Below the pieces are notes generated by a model. That model searched no databases. It saw nothing but the letters and a program-made list of their open reading frames with translations, and had not been told where the DNA came from. From contig CM102286.1 of assembly GCA_046563655.1 (NCBI GenBank), positions 8,370,001 through 8,434,000 of the forward strand: a DNA stretch of 64,000 nucleotides. Direction: 5' to 3'. The position numbers were made by a program, and so were the translations under genes. This document shows, one piece after another, positions 37,587 through 51,499 of this stretch (positions are counted from its first letter, which is position 1; each line of letters opens with the position of its first letter). The DNA comes from Yuukianura sp. NJ FZ-2021. Lineage: Eukaryota.

Positions 37587-40500
37587 ATGAAAGGGAGAAT
37601 AATGTCCGGATCTGCCAGTGGTCGTCCTCAAGGGAAACTCCCAATGTCTCAAAACAACATCACGTCGCTATTTTCGAAGCTGCATGGGGCCTTCGCCGAG
37701 GCCATGTCGCCTCCTAAGTTAACAATCGACAAGAGAACGTTAGAAAAATCTTGGAAGTTGATGGACAAAGTAGTGAAACTGTGCCAGCACCCGAAGATGA
37801 ATTTGAAAAATTCACCACCGTTCATCTTGGACATTTTACCAGACACTTATCAACATCTTCGGATTATATACTCCAAGTATGAAGACAAATTGGTTTCACT
37901 CAACAACAATGAATACTTTCGGTTATTCATAGAAAACCAAATGAATAAGTGCAAGCAAGCCATCAAGCTCTTCAAGGAAGGAAAAGACAAGATGTTCGAT
38001 GAAACGTCACATTATAGAAGAAACCTAACAAAGCTCAGTCTAGTATTCAGTCATATGCTTAGTGAACTTAAGGTATAAGAAGTATTTGTTATTACGTAGC
38101 GATCGAAACCATACCCCGCTAACAAACAGCGTTAATCGAATTCTTCGCAATATTCGCAGGCTCTTTTTCCCAGTGGAATTTTCAACGGGGATCAATTTCG
38201 AATTACAAAGTCTGACGCGGCAGAGTTTTGGAGAAATTCGTTTGGGAACAGGTACTATTCTTTTGTTAGTGTTTCTGCTTGGCAATTCCAATGAAATTGT
38301 CGTTTTAATGATTCTTATTAGGGTCACTGATTCTTCCTTTGACACTTTTAGTGATATTCTTGGAATTATTAATAATGTGTTGTATGCTTACTTTTCAGAA
38401 CCACGGTTTCGTGGAAATGTTTTCGTCAAACTCTAAGTGCTATTCACTCAATTAGTACTGGACTGGAAGCGATGGCTCTGAAGTCAACAATTGACCTTAC
38501 CTGCAATGATTACATTTCCAATTTTGAATTTGATGTTTTTACGAGGTACGATATCAATTTTCCATGAGAGTGAATACTACATGCCTACTTAATTAATGTT
38601 AAGACCGCAGTTGGAATGAGCAAAAATTGTCTTTCCGTTCCAGATTGTTCCAGCCTTGGTCTTCGTTATTGCGAAACTGGCAAATACTTGCAGTCACGCA
38701 TCCAGGATATGTTGCCTTTCTCACGTACGATGAAGTCAAAGCAAGACTGCAAAAATACATCAACAAACCAGGAAGGTAATCTTTTACAGCGTAAAATCTT
38801 CACAGTTTCACTTTCACTAAAAGTAATATATTTGTCGAATATTTGTCGATTCTTTCTGTTGTCTAACAGCTACGTCTTTCGTCTGAGCTGCACTCGATTA
38901 GGGCAGTGGGCTATTGGTTACGTCACAAGTGATGGGAACATTTTACAAACAATTCCTCAGAACAAGTCATTGTGCCAAGCACTGCTAGATGGTTACCGAG
39001 AAGGGTTGTAAGTGCACAGTTTTTCCATGTACAATATTAATTTTATATTTTCTCAGTTAGTTTGCATTTAATTCATGAGTCTTAATTGAGTAATCGAATC
39101 GCTTTCGCGAAATATTTGTACGCTGAACGAGAGCAACAGCGAGGACATGCATTAATACAGAAAGCTTTGATTAATGTTATCTTTCATTTCTTGATTTCAC
39201 AGTTATTTGTTTCCGGACGGGAGGAATGTAAATCCCGATCTATCATCTGCCGTACAATCTGCTCCCGAAGATCACGTCACTGTGACCCAGGAACAGTATG
39301 AACTTTACTGCGAAATGGGATCAACCTTCCAATTATGTAAAATTTGCGCTGAAAATGACAAGGATATTCGAATTGAGCCTTGCGGCCATCTGCTTTGTAC
39401 ACCGTGTTTAACATCATGGCAGGTACATTTCTGGATAATTACCTCTCTTAGTTGGTGGAATACCGAATACTTTTCCTAAAAGCTTTTTCGTTTGGTTTTA
39501 GGAGTCAGAGGGACAGGGATGTCCATTCTGCAGAGCTGAGATCAAAGGAACGGAGTCAATAGTTGTAGATCCATTTGATCCTAGACGGCAGCACAAAGCC
39601 GGATCCACTGGAAACCTCGTTGAATTGGATGAGGATGATGAGGTAGATCAACATCAACGTTCGTCCATTATTCCGTCCTTTTGATGTGTGCCGTATAGTT
39701 ATACCACGTAGATATGTTAACTTTGTCTCAAACCTGTGTTTGTTTGCCTTTGTTGCTACTGCATCCTGCATCCGAGGACATTCGAATTTTTGCAAGGCTT
39801 TATAGTGCAAGTGCTGTTGCATGCAATTCGGGCAGCTAAAATGGACGTCGTATTTGTCGAATGGAGAATTCGGAGTATATCAAAATTCCTTCCCCTGTTA
39901 CAGTCGCTTGACGTTGTGCCTGATTCAGTAGTAGCGTTTCCGTTTAATCAGTCTCTTTAGTACCTTAATCTGAAGATTCAGAAACCAAAAGGACGTTCCT
40001 TGTTCCAAATAGTCGAATGCATTACTCCCAGTCCCCCCTTAATACGAAACAGTTTTGAATCATGATTTGAATGAGTAAATCCTTCTTTACGATATGTTAT
40101 AGCTAAAGTGAAATTTGGTCTCAATGAACTGCTTTGCGATTACGTAAATGTTTCTCCCTTATAGTTATACCAAGTAAAGAAAGTTTCTTATTATTACAAT
40201 TATTTACTCAGTGGGAAAAATAATTAAGCTTATTGCATGGCTCGGCTTGAATTGGTAGGTAGGTTACTTAAGTTTAAGTACGGGCAATTTGGCTCCAGTC
40301 TCGACGAAGCGTGGCGAACGACTCAACTCTAAGCTTTTTGCAAATCATTTATTTAATCATTCCTCGTGCACAACCTGGAGCCCTTAATACGGCAAGCACC
40401 CGATCTCGTTTAGTTTATTTTTAAGTGCAATTTATGAATCGCTGAGTTCGCTAATATAGTCAGGGCGTTAGGATTTAACATTTTTCCAAGTGGAAAGTAG

Positions 40501-42529
40501 TACTCGTGGAGCTAGTTTTGTTTAAATTGATACTTTACACCTTGTGCTTTGAGGATGTAAGGAACAGGTATATGCTTAAAGATCCAAAGATCCTATCGTT
40601 TGCTTCAGATTAACTTTCTTTAAATGTTCGTCTTCTGTTATGTAATCTTGAGTCTTGAGTCAATTTGAATGCTGGGAATAATTCAAATTTGTAAGCATCT
40701 AAGTGCGCTTTGCCTTGATTTTATTCTATTTATGGAACTCAAATTTATAATTAACATGGCCGTTATTTGTACCCAAAATTATGTAGGACGGTGGGAATTG
40801 GAACGTGACGAATAATTCTCTTCAAGCCTTGGCACTTTCACCAAGATCCGAAACTCCGGAATTTAGGGTAAGCTCGGAGGATTTTCATGTTGTCAACAGT
40901 ATACTCCGGGGATTTCAGCCTATTTAATTAATTTAATGCCCCTGAGTTTACTTTCTATCTTGAAATTTTTTAGTCTGTTAATGTTTCTAGGCCGAGGTCA
41001 AAATCTCGTTGCTTTCCATTTAGTTTCTACTTCATGATGTTTGTTGTCATTGTGTCTTTTGTTTAGGGTACACCAGGGACAACTCCAAGAACTTCTCCAC
41101 GGATATCACGAAAAGACTGTGAAATGCTTCTTTCTGAAGAGCATCGTAGGAGCACGCGGCAGAGTAATCCAGTGCCACAAGTATCCAATACTTTAATCCA
41201 ACCAGAGGACGGTACAACACGGTCCTCTAGACCCGCATCTCCGATGCTTGCACATACAGAAAGTGGCTCATCTTCAAGCGCTGGTCCTCCTGGAGGAGAC
41301 GCAATCCCGCCTCCACTGCCACCAAGGAAAGGTTCCCCTTCGCGTGGCTCTCCTTCTAGTACTTCTTCTGACGTTTCCTTCCCAAGGTGAACTTCACAAA
41401 AATATGATTCTCCTCAATATTAATATTTTGCATTTCTGTGACACGTACGCTCTGTCTCTCTTTTTCTAGTATGCCATCCGAACCTCCAGCCGTTGCTCCA
41501 AGACCTCCGTGCACAATAACTTCCAGCTCACAAGCTCTGAATGGAGGTCACCGAGGTAACAGCACCGAAGGAATCGAGGAGCGTCCTCGACAATCTAGAG
41601 ATTCGACTGAGCATAGTAAGTTACTATGGGAAGTCTAAATCCACTACAAGAAAAAACATACTAGATGTGAGTCACTGGATATGCAATTTAATAAATATTT
41701 CGTTATGCATTCATCAGTTGAAAATGGCTACGATGTTCCTGCTCGCGTTTCCCGCGGCATAACTCCCGTCGCACAAAATCCACATCAGCCAAGATCTCAA
41801 TCCAGAAAAGTTGTATTACCTGAGAGGAATGTTTCGGGTCCATTCCGAATGATGTCTTCAGCAAATAAGTCTGTCGTGTCACAAATTCATCAAAGTCAAA
41901 TTCGACATCAGTCATGTCCCTCACTCAACAATGCTCCCTCTTACAATAACAGTGGAGCTCACTGCCTACCAATATCATGTCCTCCTTCGGCCACAGTCTC
42001 TCCAAATTCTAGTCAGCAACTCCTGTTGCCCGCCAGCAGTGCGTCCAAGTGCGGCAGCGGCCAGGGTCCTGCGTCAAGTACAAAAAATCAAGCTCTGCTC
42101 CTTCAACCCGTCTCCAGGCATTCACTTCATCCACAGTTGGGTGTCAAAGAAAAAGTCCCGTCCTCGAGCTTCTCTACACGCGTTATCGTAAGTAGGACAC
42201 CGACGAATATCATACCGTGCAACAACAAATCTGGTGACGGCAAGTTGGAAGCATCTGCTTCCTCGAACTACGAAAATACTGGCCCAGGCAGAAGCAATAA
42301 GCCAGAAGTCACCAGAGAACCAAGTGGAGCGGTGTCATCTGATGAGAACTTCCAATTATATTCAGATACTGAAATTACGCCATATGAAAATTTAAATATG
42401 GATTACATTACTCGTCTCACGAGTGAAGGATACTCGCAGGATCTTGTGATTCGAGCATTGGGCATAAGTAGAAATGATATTGACATGGCGAGAGATATTT
42501 TACATGAGTTTGCTACTCGACCGTCGTAG
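37587..42529 (+). CDS. Cbl: E3 ubiquitin-protein ligase Cbl (TKB, RING, Pro-rich, UBA)
   Basis: In-frame GT-AG exons: 37587-38072, 38160-38251, 38399-38545, 38644-38775, 38870-39007, 39203-39422, 39502-39642, 40787-40867, 41067-41386, 41470-41615, 41718-42529. Hallmarks are [112 protein letters not shown] and a C-terminal UBA ([26 protein letters not shown]). Confidence 0.97.
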
Positions 42530-45500
42530 GTTGTAGGCTTGTTGCTCATTCTGCACTTTTCCTGAGGATTCATTGTTTAAATCAAAGAACCAAAACGTAA
42601 TAATTTATTATTTTGTGATCATGGACATCAGATTCCAAGTCTTTTAGTAATACTAACGACGAAAGTTCGAGTCTTCAAATCCACATCACACAAAGTCTCC
42701 AGTGTTTGTAAAGCACAGTTTAGAAGTAATTTTAGTAGCTGAAAGTCTTTGAATTTTTGCAATTGTCGTATTAATTTGGGCAAATAAACAAAAAGCACCA
42801 AAAGTCATGACCCGAGAGACCTCTTGTCAGTTCAATTTTCTGGAAGCTTTTTGAACCAAATGGGTTTCTGCTCCCCCCGGATAATTCTGGGAACCGTTTT
42901 TCGAAATCCGACTCGTTCTGAAATGGGTTCTCATTTGAAATGGAGGTGTTATGGCGTACCTTGGAAATTGTGTAAGAATAAGACGTCTAAAAGGTTCGCA
43001 CGCTGTGTTACCTTTGCACTTTACAGGAATAAACTTTCTCAGGCTTTCGCCGTTCAACCCAACCTATTCCGCCTTTCCTCCTAACCCTAACACTAGCCAT
43101 GCTAACCTAAAAAGTTACTGGGATTGGCCAGGATCAATAAATCTCCCGGACCCACTTAAGGTCAATGTGCCACAACGTCTTCCCAGAGTCTCATGCCTCA
43201 CTTAATTAGCAAATGGAAGGAACTAATCGTAACTTCCAGAGGCAGCTCTGACCTAATATTTGCGGGGACTTGCACTAAGGAGAGTCTGGTATCCTTGGGA
43301 TTGATTTTTTTTTGCACTGCTCATCGTTTTTAGAATGGAAGAACAGAACGGATTTTCTGAACGGAACAGCCAACAAACAACATTTATCATTCGTGTAGCC
43401 AATTTTGGCAGGTTCTGCGAGTCAGATTTTTGAATTTAGGAAATGTTACAGAGTTCCGTATTGCGTTTTTACGTCCCGAATCTGGAAGCTCCATTTTAAT
43501 TAAAATCTTATATAATTTACGTTTTTCCGTTGGACAGAAGCCTAACGACCGATGTCATAACTTTTTCAACTCAGAACCGGCGCCAAAAAGAAGTCCAATT
43601 AATATTTGGCAACCGTAGATTTTCAGAATGCGCAGATGCAAACGTGTGATTTTTGGCGAACTATATTAGCCACATTATATTTATTCTCACAGAAGATGAT
43701 TTAAATTAAAACAATTACATTAGGAATCATAATTTAATGTCTATTATACTTAAAGGTGTAACGAGTCAAACTCACTGACATTTTAACACTGACTAAATTT
43801 AGTTCAAAGTGTTATAGGCTAGGCGTTAAGAAGGATACACAAGAGTGTCGTACTGGTTACATTACAGCTATTAAAAGTGAGGTAATTTTTGTTTTTTCAT
43901 AGGGATTTTCATAAGTGAGCTTAATTTTTTGGTGAATTCATGCTGTTTTATTCTAAATGTATACATTTTTGTCTAAAACTTTTTTGAATACGTTTGTTCC
44001 AAAGAATAAACTGGAAATTACTTTAGTTGCTTCTCGTACCAGGTTATTTTGTCCAGGAAAGGTTCCAGGACTTTGTTTTACTTAACTAGCAAACAAGGAA
44101 ATTCGTGACGTATTTCATTTTTAATTACTAAACTATGACAATACCTTTAATTAAGTTTCGCTTCAGACAGAAGATTTAAGACTATTGCTCAGGACATCTT
44201 TTCAACTTTTTCTAAACAAATCGATTGTAAGATCTACAAAATGACATTGGAGCATGTCCTGGATGCGTTTTGAAAGTTGAACTTTTAGGGGCAAAATGAT
44301 TTCAATTTTATGCGGATTCTTAGTACTAAGTTTTAAAATGGAGTGAGGCACATTTTAAATTATTCTGCGCCATTTGCTTACCACTGATCCACAGTTTTAT
44401 TGAAATCTCATGAGGCAGCGGTTTGCTGACAAGACGAACAAAACTCGTTCTGAATTAGACGCTCTTGGGTTTTCAATTGGTTTAGACCCTTAAAAACGAA
44501 GCTAACAGAACAAAAGAGACAAAGGGCCTGCAAAAAAGTCGTCGTAATTGACCCACTCTTAAAGTTGTACATAACCCAACAATGAAATATTGTTCCTTCA
44601 AATTTCCCAAGTGGATATGGGCTCCGCTGGAAACAAGTCAAATATTAACAAAGAAAGATACGATAGCATTACATGTTTGAACCTAAAAATAAGTTTCAAA
44701 AAAAATTTCCCTTCATACTGTATATTCCATTTTGGTGGAAGAAAGTAGGTTAAGCGCTAGAATTTTAAAAATAAACAAGAGACGTAGAGAAAGAAAAGTA
44801 AGAAGAAAATGGAAAATAAGGACTTTTCTTCTCCCAACTTTCACCGGCAAGTAACCGCCACGGGGAAAGGCGAAGGCCTGAAAATGGTCCAGGTTTTCAA
44901 AGACTCATTTTCAAATTATGCGCCAAACGCTCCTTAGTCGTACATCTAATCTTTATATCGATCTCCACCCACATCACACTTCCGCGCGATATGACTCGAA
45001 TCTGACTTTCGGCATTCTTTCCAATTGAATTCATTTCAACATCCATTTTCAGTTTCGTTCTCATTGCGGCACTCTGCAGTCAAACTTTCACCTCAATCCA
45101 CCTCATGAGCCTAACTTTTTCCTTGTGGGTTCACCCTGTTACGTCCGGCCGTCTTCTAACATTGGAAGAATTAATGCTTCATATCTTTTTCACATAAAAC
45201 CGCAAAGGCTTCACTCGACCCTTCCAACGTTTGCCAAAGCGATTCTGTAGGAATGACAAATCACCCGCCTTTAGATTTCCAACGGAGATTCTGACCATAC
45301 ATCATCATCATTCCAGCCCTTCCTCCGCTCTCTGACGAAGCCAAACCTTATACAGAGATGAAAAATGAATTTACAAGGAAAAACATGCACCAATTCCCAT
45401 ACATGATCCTTTTCATCTTCCAGGAAACTGAGTATATGGCCCATTCCGCTTGAATGTACAAGAAATGGCCTAACATTCAACAGAACGACGACGGAGCGTA

Positions 45501-47752
45501 TTCCTTTTTAGAAAACCTACACTAAAAGAGACGGCTTAAGGTTTCGGCACTAGCCTTTCCCCCTTTACGTTATAACTTTACTGATGTTCTGGAATGTGTT
45601 TGGTCTAAAATGTATTTGGAAGGAAAAGTTTCTGCCTAGGGAAATCAATCCCATGTTCTATCACCGTGTTTCATGTTAAACTCCTCAATCTCAAAAATCT
45701 CACAACTTTCACTCACAAATGGAACAGGAGACAGTTAAGGAAGCTAAGTAAGAAAAATTGGACAGTTAATGGATCCAACGAGGTATAGAGCTATCCACCC
45801 TAACATTCCACACACTAACTTCATAGGGATAGCTTCACGGTTGAACGCCTTTTTGTTCATGAAACGTGGAAATCGGATGTTGATGAAAATTTTAATATTT
45901 TATACAGAGCAAGAAAAGCTTTTGCAGCGTAGTTAAGGTATTCCACCTCTGAAATGCGTGTTTATTAGTATTTGTTGATTGTCGAATTTTGAGAGGGTGG
46001 TTGTGTGGAATTTAAGTTAGGTACTATAGTAAGGTAGGGCGTGTCGTTTGTTCCAGTGACTCCAAAAACGACACTGTTCCATTTACAAATTGCCAGTGTT
46101 CTCATTTCTCCCAAAGAGTCGCCAAACACGCGAAACTGATTTTTTCGTTGTTTTTCTTAGAAGAAAATGTCAAAGAAGTAAAAATTTGGATTTTGTTTAA
46201 AACTAGTTTTGAAAATTATAACCAATAGGTTGAGATCTCAATTCCAGCTTTGTGGTAGACGATAATTTGTAGTTGAAATGAGTTTACATAATAACCATAC
46301 CAGAAAATATTTAGCAACTTTCTCCGTAATTATCACATCGCAACTCCATCAAATTATGTAAACAATCTCCATCATCCTTCTAGTAATAGACACCAATTTA
46401 CAGAGACGATTCTTCCTAGATAAACTGCATTTCGACATCACATTATCCATACTTCGTTTGCTAATGTCTTTCGATTTCCGATTCAGAGGATGATAAGCCT
46501 AAATGCCAAATAACAACAGTACGATGTCCAAGGACCTCACGACCAAATTACTTCTAGTGACGAATGCGAAACTGTATATATTTAAAGGCATTATGACGAG
46601 GAACAGGAAATTGGTGTACTTAACTTTTTCGATACTCCAGTAATGTTATCAGGAGAAACTAAAAGAGAAAGCATGCTTTATTGCATCGATAAGCGACATT
46701 TCTTCCGTACCTGTCACGACCTAGTACTTATTAACATCAAACTCTTTCCTTAAAACATGCGCCTTTCCTGACAATAGGTTTTAGAACGGTAATATTAGAA
46801 TAAGAATCGAATTTCCTGAACAATGGGTTTTAAATCCATTAGGTCTGATCTCCTTGACAACGCACTGCACCACTAACAACTGGAATGCATGTCAAGTGCA
46901 AAGTCTCAAGCCAAGGAATAGTCCCTACTGTCCTGACATGGCATTGAGTAGAAGGAGTGACACTGTGACGTATCATGGGGCCTTGACCTCTGAATGAACC
47001 CTAGGATGAAGGGATCCTTCAGAACATATCCTAGGGAAAGTAAGATTAATCTGGAGATGAAATTCCATTAGTTCGAAGACTGTCTGGAAGTATAGTATTA
47101 ATCCTGACGTGACTCAATTGTTTTAATGTCATAAGTGTCAACCTGGAACTGTAACTCTTTCTGGAATTGAGCTATTCCTGGATTAAGCTCAAAATGGAAG
47201 GACTTTCTCTCTTGTCGTTCTATAAGCCAAAAGACAAGAACAAACTCCTGTCCGGTTTCTAAATCTAGGGATGGCATGTGATTAATTAGATACGTAGGGT
47301 TAAAGGAGTTTAGTAACTGAATTCAGTAGAACAAGGATGATGATAATGTCTTCTAAAGTCACTTGGGTGAATTTCTTTTGTTTCCCATTCTGAACATGAT
47401 TTGGATTGCGCAGAAGCCACGGCGCAATTTTCTGAATTTTTTTCATGTGCAATTTTCAATAATTTTTAAAAGTTAATTCTCAAATCTCAAGTCGATGCTC
47501 CAAAGAGCACCAATGTTTGCGAGGTTTTAAAATTATTCCTCGATTTAAATTATATGTAAATAGCTACCGTAAAATCTAACTAATTAACCATTATCAATAA
47601 TTTTCTTAACGTATCAAAGGAGCCCAAAAGTTTCTGAAGGTGCAAACTCAAATGTTAACCTAAATATCTAAAGTTAGCGTTAAAATTTCATTTTGGTTTT
47701 ACAATTTCGTTCCATTTGTGGTCTTGCATAAGCCTCATAGGAATTTGAATTT

Positions 47753-50700
47753 TCACTTGGATTCCGTAGGCTTTTCCTTTTCGTCAGTTTTCCGTACCAT
47801 GTGACCTCGAAATTGAGCTTGGATTTTAGTTGCTGCTTTATTTAGTTCAGGGTCAGTCAGGTCAGGCATTTCCTCTGCTTCCTATAAAAGATGTACGAAA
47901 AAATTATTCTTTTGGCGCGTCGCTCTGCGTTGTATTTACAAAATTTATTCAAATAACCTTTGACTTTTACCACAATTCTATTTAAGTGACAGTGTCTACT
48001 GCCTTCAACAACAAAACACTGAAATTTGGTTTTTCAAGTGCCTCTCTCATAAAGTTTTGACACAAAAGCAAAAAGAACTGACAACTGACAACTTTTCTAT
48101 TTCTATGAGTTTTCGAAAAAAAAATGAATTAGGTTTTCAAATAAATACATAGGCTTTCAACCACACTTTCATTTCCTACCTTTTAGTACTTTCTACAACC
48201 AAATAAAACATGAAACAACCCAAGTTGCCAGAGACGATGATTTAGTAATGTACACGGTTACATCTGCGCTACATTGGTACAGTTTTTACGCTGATTCTTA
48301 GTCAACCCAATTATTGCTGCGTATTATGTATGTATTTCACGCAGCAATTGCATGTACTTCAAGTCAAACACGGAAGCTATGCTGCATAAGTGCATGCCTA
48401 TGACATAGTGAAATGCCGTGGGATATCTCTTTATTGAAACATAGTGTAGAAAGTAGTGATGTTGTGTTGTGCATAAAAACTTTACTGTTTCTCCATGCAG
48501 CAGGAGTTAGCATAACGACATTAATGTTTCACTTCTGAAACCGCGGCGCGAATCTCACGTTGAGAATGGATGATGCAACGAGCTGTTGTCCGTTGCTCAT
48601 TCTTTTGTTTCAACTTTTGTTTAAACTAGTTCGCAGTATTAGAACACGACATGACCCGGAAAAAGTTTTCTGTCGTGTTTTTTTTTTTCAAGAAAATCGA
48701 TACACCATTGTGCCATCAAACTGGTTAATTGACACTGAAGAAGGACACTTGAAGTAGCATAGCCTGGAAATAGAAAAAACGGAGCTCTACTGATTCGTAC
48801 TGCGGAAAGTCTTCCTGACGACGATTGGAAATAATACCCAGTTCAGTTTATCAAATCGTACGGTGAGGAGATAATATAAATATTAGACATTAGTATGCAA
48901 ATTAGCAAAATACACTTAGGACCGACTAATAATTATATGTTATCCCAATACAGATTCAAAAGATAGAGGATGTAAGAAGGCTGAGACTTTGAAGAACTCA
49001 AAATCACTGGAGACCATCGACTCAAGCGACGATGCTGCACCCTCGAGACAATCATCTTTTCAAAACATTGTCCCTCCTGTACTAACAACATTCCAAATTC
49101 TTCCGTCGGCTGTGGCAACGATTGTCCAAGACCAAGAGACAAACTCTGCCCGACTACATCTCCGACAGCTGATTTATTGCCTGGTTAGTTTTTAAAAATG
49201 TATATGTCTTAGTAATCTGTTAGAATAAGTTCAACGTACGATTTACGTATAGAGTTTGCAATAAATAAAATGTACAAACCAAATCTGTGACGAAGCTGTG
49301 TGTAAACAACGCATTATTTGTGTGTTTTGAGTGCTGTATCAGCATTGATTACTAGGTGAAGCATTTCGACTTATGATTTCATCATGGAATACATACTGTG
49401 GGTATTAGCGATGTGAGGAAACGGGATGCACCATTTACACGGAATTTACACGCGTGTAGATTTACACCACTTTAACTTCATGTATTCGTCACTTCCAACT
49501 AGTTAGGATTTACCGTGTAAACTTGGGGCAAATACTCAAATTTTACTCATGAAAAACTCTTAACTCGATCAGTATGTAATCATCGTGTAATGGCAACTTG
49601 GGAAGTTTGTTAAACTACACAAAACTTTATCACGCAAATTCATTTTCAACCACAAACTAGCGTTTTTTGATTTCCAAAGTCGTGCTGTGCAGAATAAAAA
49701 ATGTCTAGGTAGTGGCGAACATGATCTTTGACATTTTTCAAAAATCGTTAAAAAGTTTCCTAGGACTGTACAACTGTAGCGAATCCTATTGTTGTAATAA
49801 AATTTTGAAATTAGCTTCAGTATACTTTCAAAAATTTATTTAATATAATAATTGTATGCTGGTTTAAAAAATTTCAACGAGGCAGATTTGACTCCTATTT
49901 TCAAAATTTCACAAGTGATGGCAAACAAAGTTGGAAGTTTTGGAGCATTTGAGAAAGTAGAACACTTTTGCATGTGCAGAAAATTGGAAAGGGGCGGACG
50001 CCGAAAAAAATAGGGTTGTGAAATCCCTGGAGAAATTGTTGGTAAAATAAAATAGGAGATTTGGAAATAGCAAACGGAGAAATGGCTCACCTCCGCCTTG
50101 GTGTTGAGAGTTTGCAATTTTTTACTAAGCTCTGCCTCTGCTTTCTCTGCCTTTTCAGCAGCCCTCTTCGCTTGATGCCCTCTGAACGAAGCTTGGATTC
50201 GAGTAGCTGCCAATGCAACGTCTGCAAAAGATTACACACAACATGACACCAAAATTCAGGGACTTAATCTGACGACGTCGAAGACATGCAACAAAAGCTC
50301 TGCTGGTGCAGACCTTATACGAACTATTTTTTCCTCGTCCATCTTTGTCTGCGACTTCAATTTTCGCGCAGCGCCTATTTTTCTATTTATCCGATAAAAC
50401 TACCATGATGAATCTTATTTTTGTTTGCGCAAAAATGTCTTCCGCGTCCTAGTATTTCTCTGTCAGTTCTTCTGGATCGATCCAAATTATTTTTGAAATA
50501 CGGCTCTTATGAAAAATCGCTCAAGCGAGTTTTCAGGAGAACGTGAAAAGAAGAAGTCTTATCGTGAGAGAATACAAAAATCTAGGCTTAACAGAAACTG
50601 TTTTGAAAAAATCGTGATAGTGTTTAATTTATTCTTTTCAAATTCTGAAATTGTTTGAAAAGGAAAAATCAAAACAAAACATGCTTTCCTCAAAGTTGAA

Positions 50701-50984
50701 ATTCTATTAATAACACAAAAGATTTGAGCACAAATTAGTTTTCACCCGCCACACTTCTATTTTTCATTATGTCTGGCTACCGAAGTTGAACTTTGGGGTT
50801 TGTGGGAAGGGAATTGGGAGGAAAGTTCGTAATTACTTGCCTGGGTCCTCCAGATCAATATCCACAACTTCCTCAGGTTGTGCCATTTGCAAGTTTTTTC
50901 GCGTTTTATGCCCTCGAAAACTCGCTTGGATTTTGGTTGCCGCTTCCTGAAGATCCGGATCCTCAAGATTCAGTTCACTAAGGT
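47753..50984 (-). CDS. igl: Triple IQ-motif calmodulin-binding protein, igloo/GAP-43-like (5' exon(s) unresolved)
   Basis: Exons 50984-50841, 50221-50091 and 47881-47753 (stop) join in frame. They give LNLEDPDLQEAATKIQASFRGHKTRK, DIDLEDPDVALAATRIQASFRGHQAKR and PDLTDPELNKAATKIQAQFRGHMVRK. The first intron has a GC donor. A candidate start exon 54820-54793 (MLPTGGRND) is speculative. The symbol is from recalled similarity. Confidence 0.8.
48219..49602 (+). mobile_element. CMC/EnSpm-like non-autonomous transposon in the igl-like intron
   Basis: TIR CCCAAGTTGCCA / TGGCAACTTGGG with 2-bp TSD AA. An internal degenerate spliced ORF (CRVFFFQENRYTIVPSNWL...W..YPVQFIKSY) resembles the accessory protein of animal EnSpm elements. 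Confidence 0.75.
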
Positions 50985-51427
50985 CTAAATAATTCAAAGT
51001 TTGATTAAAGTTGGATGTTTTAAGAACTTCAACTAATGGAACATCTCTGATTTATTTCGTATCAGCTACCACCCATAATTATTTCCGGCTCACAACATCC
51101 GTACTATTAACATCAGTTCTATAAGCCTTACTAAAATCTACTACCTAATACTAATTGTTACAACTTATATTTCACAATTTAGTTTTCGAGTTTGGTAGGC
51201 AAAGGCAAACCACGGTTCTGCTAGAATTTAAAAATTTAATTGCACACCATTTTCAGAGTTGCGGCTTACCGAGCGTTGCCAACCAACAACAAGACTTGCG
51301 TGTCGTAATTCAAGACAAAAAACTCTTTAGCTTTTTGTTTAAAAAAATAATTTTTGAAAAACGTGAAAATAAGAAATATATAGTCAGCCGTTTCCACTGG
51401 ATGGATTGGATTTTTTATTTCCGTTAT

Positions 51428-51467
51428 TAAGTAGCGAAAGTATGAGCTACTTTATGTTTTTCCCCGA

Positions 51468-51499
<32 letters not shown>

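Noticed and set aside
39736..39960. Possible extra Cbl exon in the long intron
   Set aside because: No convincing YAG acceptor/donor pair preserving frame; cannot be supported without transcripts.
42824..47700. Short ORFs between Cbl and the igl-like gene
   Set aside because: No recognisable domains or consistent splice structure; likely 3' UTRs and repeat debris of the two convergent genes.
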